From a virus: a stretch of 32,000 nt of DNA. The stretch covers positions 1,207 through 33,206 of IMG/VR virus record IMGVR_UViG_3300045988_146550. One strand, 5' to 3'. The stretch's first letter is position 1. Every line of letters begins with the position of its first letter. The translations under genes and the position numbers were made by a program. Shown here one piece after another: positions 28,729-32,000 of this stretch. The notes beneath the pieces are model-generated. The model was not told the origin of the DNA and searched no databases. It saw only the letters and a program-made list of their open reading frames with translations.

Positions 28729-30318
28729 TTATACCTCACTTTCTAATACAAGATCTAAATCTTCAGGCCGTTCTGTGATCAAGTTATAGGTCAATTTGTT
28801 TAAATAAAACCTTTCTCGTTTTCCAAAATCAGTCTCTACAAAAATTGAATCATTTATTTTTAACGCCTGTGCATTCGGCACATTGTATGGAAATAATTCT
28901 TCAAATTTAACAGACGTTTCCGTATTGGGTTCTTGTAACTCTTTTTCTAAAGATTTTTTAGCTTGTATTCTAAGATAGTTTCTTAGGTTCACTTCATTTG
29001 TAAATACGCCCAGTGTTGTTTTCTTTGCTTGTGAATCATCCGCAATCAATTTGATATCGGAATATTCTTTCACATCAATTCTGTGAATTTCATTTGTATC
29101 CCAATTACTAGCCTTGATAATCTCGTGATTTGGTAGAAGTCGTCCATTATATGCTTTAGGTATGATTCCTGTAACTACATTTTCCATTGATTTTTTCTGA
29201 GTGTATTCAGACATTTCTTTATTACTTATAAAGAAATCATTTGGCTTCAAATTGGAAGCATAATAATCTGGATTTCCAAAGTAGCAATCATAATTGTTGA
29301 ACATCGCAACATATCTGTTATTTTCACATTCAGGCCATCGGTTCATCATAGAATTTTCTTCTGTCCCAAACAAACATTGAATCAGATTATATCTAATCCA
29401 ATATGCCGTTTGTGTAGAATCCACATCTTCAATCATCCATTTACACGCATTTCCAACTTCGGCAGTACCTCTATCAGCAACAATAACTTTGTTTCCGTTG
29501 CCAATACTCGTTGAACTAGTATAGATGCCATAATATATGTTTATATACGGTGCAATTTCATAATTAGATCCACTATTAATGAACCACCATTTCTCAGAAT
29601 TATCTGAAGGGCTTTCGGAAAGGCTTCCTAACACAACCTTTCCTGAATCCAATTTAAGCCATCTACATGAACATAAAGATAAAATTCCATATATATCTCC
29701 ATATTTGTCTGACCCTACTTTTTTCAACATGAAAGTCTGTGCAGACGTTCTGTTTTTTTGATACATTTGTAATTGTATAGATGCATCTTCACTTGCGCTT
29801 GGAACATCCAAACAATACCCACTATTCTGAACATTTCGGAAATAAACGATTTTTTCATCCTCTGCATTAACATTTGTATAATTTGCATATTTTCCATGTC
29901 CATAAATTTTATAAGGATAATTTGGTCGAGACTTTGTGATAATATCATTTGCGGTATTTATCGCATCTTGCCACACACCACTCATAGTACGATCATCAAA
30001 CACAAACACTTCTTTTTGAGAATCAAAGAACACATGTGTTGCATAGCATGTATATGTATCGCTTTGTTTGTTGTATTTTGGATACACAATTCTATATAAC
30101 TGTGGTTCTTCAAAATTTATATCCACTTTAAACACGGATTCATCACTGATTTCCATACCCATCAAATCACTTTTTGGAAATTCTATTTCTACGTACCAAA
30201 TAGAATTTCTTCCAAACACTGCTTTAGCACTAACACAATGTTTTAAAATCACATCTCCATTACGTTCTTTCATTTGTGCATATGTTGTTTTTTTTCTAGA
30301 AAAGAATAAATGAATCAT
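28729..30318 (-). CDS. Tail tip protein (Tal-position) with an inserted ricin-type beta-trefoil lectin module
   Basis: Immediately follows Dit. Residues ~157-298 show three lectin-like subrepeats ending QTFML, EKWWF and CKWMI (the (QxW)3 pattern). Confidence 0.6.
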   Translation of the reverse strand: MIHLFFSRKKTTYAQMKERNGDVILKHCVSAKAVFGRNSIWYVEIEFPKSDLMGMEISDESVFKVDINFEEPQLYRIVYPKYNKQSDTYTCYATHVFFDSQKEVFVFDDRTMSGVWQDAINTANDIITKSRPNYPYKIYGHGKYANYTNVNAEDEKIVYFRNVQNSGYCLDVPSASEDASIQLQMYQKNRTSAQTFMLKKVGSDKYGDIYGILSLCSCRWLKLDSGKVVLGSLSESPSDNSEKWWFINSGSNYEIAPYINIYYGIYTSSTSIGNGNKVIVADRGTAEVGNACKWMIEDVDSTQTAYWIRYNLIQCLFGTEENSMMNRWPECENNRYVAMFNNYDCYFGNPDYYASNLKPNDFFISNKEMSEYTQKKSMENVVTGIIPKAYNGRLLPNHEIIKASNWDTNEIHRIDVKEYSDIKLIADDSQAKKTTLGVFTNEVNLRNYLRIQAKKSLEKELQEPNTETSVKFEELFPYNVPNAQALKINDSIFVETDFGKRERFYLNKLTYNLITERPEDLDLVLESEV

Positions 30319-30320
30319 AT

Positions 30321-31103
30321 TTATTTCTCCCTATAATTACGTATAATTTCTGCACGAATAGCGCCAATATCTGTTGTGATCAATACATTATTTGAACCAT
30401 AATTAAATTTAAGCCCGTCAAAAGATCCACTTGTTTTCAATGTGTCATATTTATACGTTCCATTTTTATAGTATGTTTTCATATAAGAATTTTCCGTATT
30501 GATTTCAACATAAGAAATATCCGATGTACCGTTAAAAGGATTTGTGATTGTAAAATTATTTCCATTACAATTGATCGTAATGGTTTTTGCGTTCATAGAA
30601 GTATTATATAAACGATAGATTGGATATGCTGTTTCATAATAATTCGCAAGTTCTACCTTTTTTCCACTTACAATATCGTACGGCCTTGAGTATTTATTTA
30701 CGTATCTGTACGGTTCACAAATAAATGTGATTGTAAATTCACTTCCTCGTCCAAAGTCTCTAGAATCCATATCGAACGTTACATTTTTTACCTTCCAATA
30801 ATGTTCTCTATCATCACTAGTTAACTCCAATATTCCTTTATTTCCGTTGAAATATTGTTGGATTTTATAGATACGATCTAGATATTCTTTCTTGCTATTC
30901 AAAACAAAGTTGCATTTAATAGGAATTTTGCGATCTTGATATACATCTGTATGACGATACGATGTAGTACCGTCACCAAGTGTAGATGTTTCTACAATTT
31001 CCTCTGCCATAGGAATAACAGGACGTTCGCTTACCTTTAATAAATACATAATATTTTGCGTATAACGCAGTTTATTTTCAGGTGTAAATCTAAAATGATA
31101 CAT
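30321..31103 (-). CDS. Distal tail protein (Dit)
   Basis: About 260 aa, directly after the tape measure gene. Start placed at the ATG at 31103, 8 nt after GGAGG. Beta-rich. Confidence 0.6.
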   Translation of the reverse strand: MYHFRFTPENKLRYTQNIMYLLKVSERPVIPMAEEIVETSTLGDGTTSYRHTDVYQDRKIPIKCNFVLNSKKEYLDRIYKIQQYFNGNKGILELTSDDREHYWKVKNVTFDMDSRDFGRGSEFTITFICEPYRYVNKYSRPYDIVSGKKVELANYYETAYPIYRLYNTSMNAKTITINCNGNNFTITNPFNGTSDISYVEINTENSYMKTYYKNGTYKYDTLKTSGSFDGLKFNYGSNNVLITTDIGAIRAEIIRNYREK

Positions 31104-31104
31104 T

Positions 31105-32000
31105 CTATGAACCTCCATTTCCCCATGATTTCAACATATCTCGAATTGATATAATTTCTTGTACAGTATCTGTAACAACATTTCCATCCAATTGCATAGG
31201 TTGTAGATTGATTGTTAGATCACAATTTCCAATCGCATTAATCATTTGATCCAATCTATTTGTGATTGCACTCAAATTTATATTACCAACGCTTCCATAG
31301 CTTCGTGATGTAGTTCCACCCATAATAGCTGTTGTAGCATTCGCAACAGATGCATATGGACTGATATCTGAATATGTAGCAATCTTATCCGCATCCATTG
31401 GCATTATATCCGTGTCAACTACAGGTTTATCCGCATTAAACAAAGATTGTGGGAAATATTTTTTATTGTCATCACCTTCAACAACTCTTGTCTTTTTTAT
31501 AGTTGTATGTGTAACCGTGATAGGATGACTGTCTGCATAACTTTGAGCTTTATCAATATTTGATTTAATATCTGAATAAGCTTTAGCAGAGCTTGTAACC
31601 ATACCGTCTAAGTGAGGTTGCAGTGATTTTTCCATCTTTCCGCCCATACTTCCAACAGCAGCTGATGTAGTTCCGTCATTCGCAAATGCATCCGCAATAC
31701 CAGTGATTGATTTGTCAGCTTGTTTTTTCATCTTTTCACCGGCTTCTTTCATTTTCGGATCTGTGTCTTGCATCATTTTAGTTACCGCATCTCCAACAGA
31801 CATTTGTCCACTAGCAACTTTTTCAGCTACATCAGCAGGAATTTGTTGTCCTTCAATACCAGCAGTTTGAACTGCCTGTGCCAATGTAATTAAATTGTTC
31901 ATGGCATTGGTTGCTTCTGTGATACTTCCACAATTTGCAAGAATACTATTGGCTACACTCATAGGAATAGAACCACCGATCATACCGGCTTGATCTACAA
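31105..32000 (-). CDS. Tape measure protein, C-terminal part (continues beyond the window)
   Basis: Frame is open to the window edge. A/G/S/T/M-rich helical sequence. Position directly upstream of Dit/Tal. Confidence 0.65.
   Translation of the reverse strand, partial: VDQAGMIGGSIPMSVANSILANCGSITEATNAMNNLITLAQAVQTAGIEGQQIPADVAEKVASGQMSVGDAVTKMMQDTDPKMKEAGEKMKKQADKSITGIADAFANDGTTSAAVGSMGGKMEKSLQPHLDGMVTSSAKAYSDIKSNIDKAQSYADSHPITVTHTTIKKTRVVEGDDNKKYFPQSLFNADKPVVDTDIMPMDADKIATYSDISPYASVANATTAIMGGTTSRSYGSVGNINLSAITNRLDQMINAIGNCDLTINLQPMQLDGNVVTDTVQEIISIRDMLKSWGNGGS

Larger units (their letters stand above)
1..32000. mobile_element. Temperate siphovirus-type phage / prophage DNA (tail, lysis, attP-int, lysogeny switch, replication and accessory modules)
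   Basis: Contiguous phage modules on the minus strand (tape measure, Dit, Tal, baseplate, fibre, holin-endolysin, integrase, repressor switch, DnaD/DnaC-type replication genes, HNH, dUTPase). No housekeeping genes seen. Confidence 0.85.

Overview
AT-rich (about 30% G+C by eye) Firmicutes-type temperate siphophage or prophage DNA, almost entirely coding. All domain calls are from reading the translations, not from searches.

Reading the minus strand from 32000 downward:
- Tail module: C-terminal end of the tape measure protein, Dit, Tal with an inserted ricin-type lectin module, BppU-like baseplate proteins, an 861-aa fibre or receptor-binding protein, and small membrane proteins.
- An orphan sigma-70 region-4 mini-protein, followed by a strong terminator.
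- A terminator-bounded cassette of Q/N/M-rich and G/Y/C-rich proteins, plus a BclA-C-terminal-domain-like protein.
- Holin and CHAP endolysin.
- A complete attP-like site: a 19-nt tRNA 3' end, a terminator and arm-type repeats.
- A 365-aa tyrosine integrase with an arm-binding N-terminus.
- A moron locus: a small membrane ORF in a higher-GC islet, a PBECR-like predicted RNase with a 57-aa partner, and about 650 bp of non-coding DNA containing a T7-C-G9 tract.
- On the plus strand, an Ltp-type superinfection-exclusion lipoprotein and an XRE/cI-type repressor.
- A divergent switch with three 15-bp operator-like sites.
- An early operon: a small acidic ORF, a Xis-like HTH protein, a second (Xer-like) tyrosine recombinase, a DnaD-like initiator carrying 24-bp iterons, a DnaC/DnaI-like loader, a dimeric dUTPase, HNH, DUF551, a three-member paralog family, a sigma-r4-like late activator, two paralogous lipoproteins, three small K/F-rich paralogs and an ImmA/IrrE-like metallopeptidase.

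A bidirectional terminator (2020-2046) separates this from a convergent plus-strand block (1-2032) of unknown genes. I found no rRNA, complete tRNA, CRISPR array or transposase.

Best candidates for something undescribed:
1. The low-complexity / BclA-like cassette together with the orphan sigma-r4 protein.
2. The PBECR-like two-gene moron beside int.
3. The ImmA-like protease with three K/F-rich paralogs and a strongly over-represented AAGTTTTT word.
4. The second recombinase embedded in the lytic operon.
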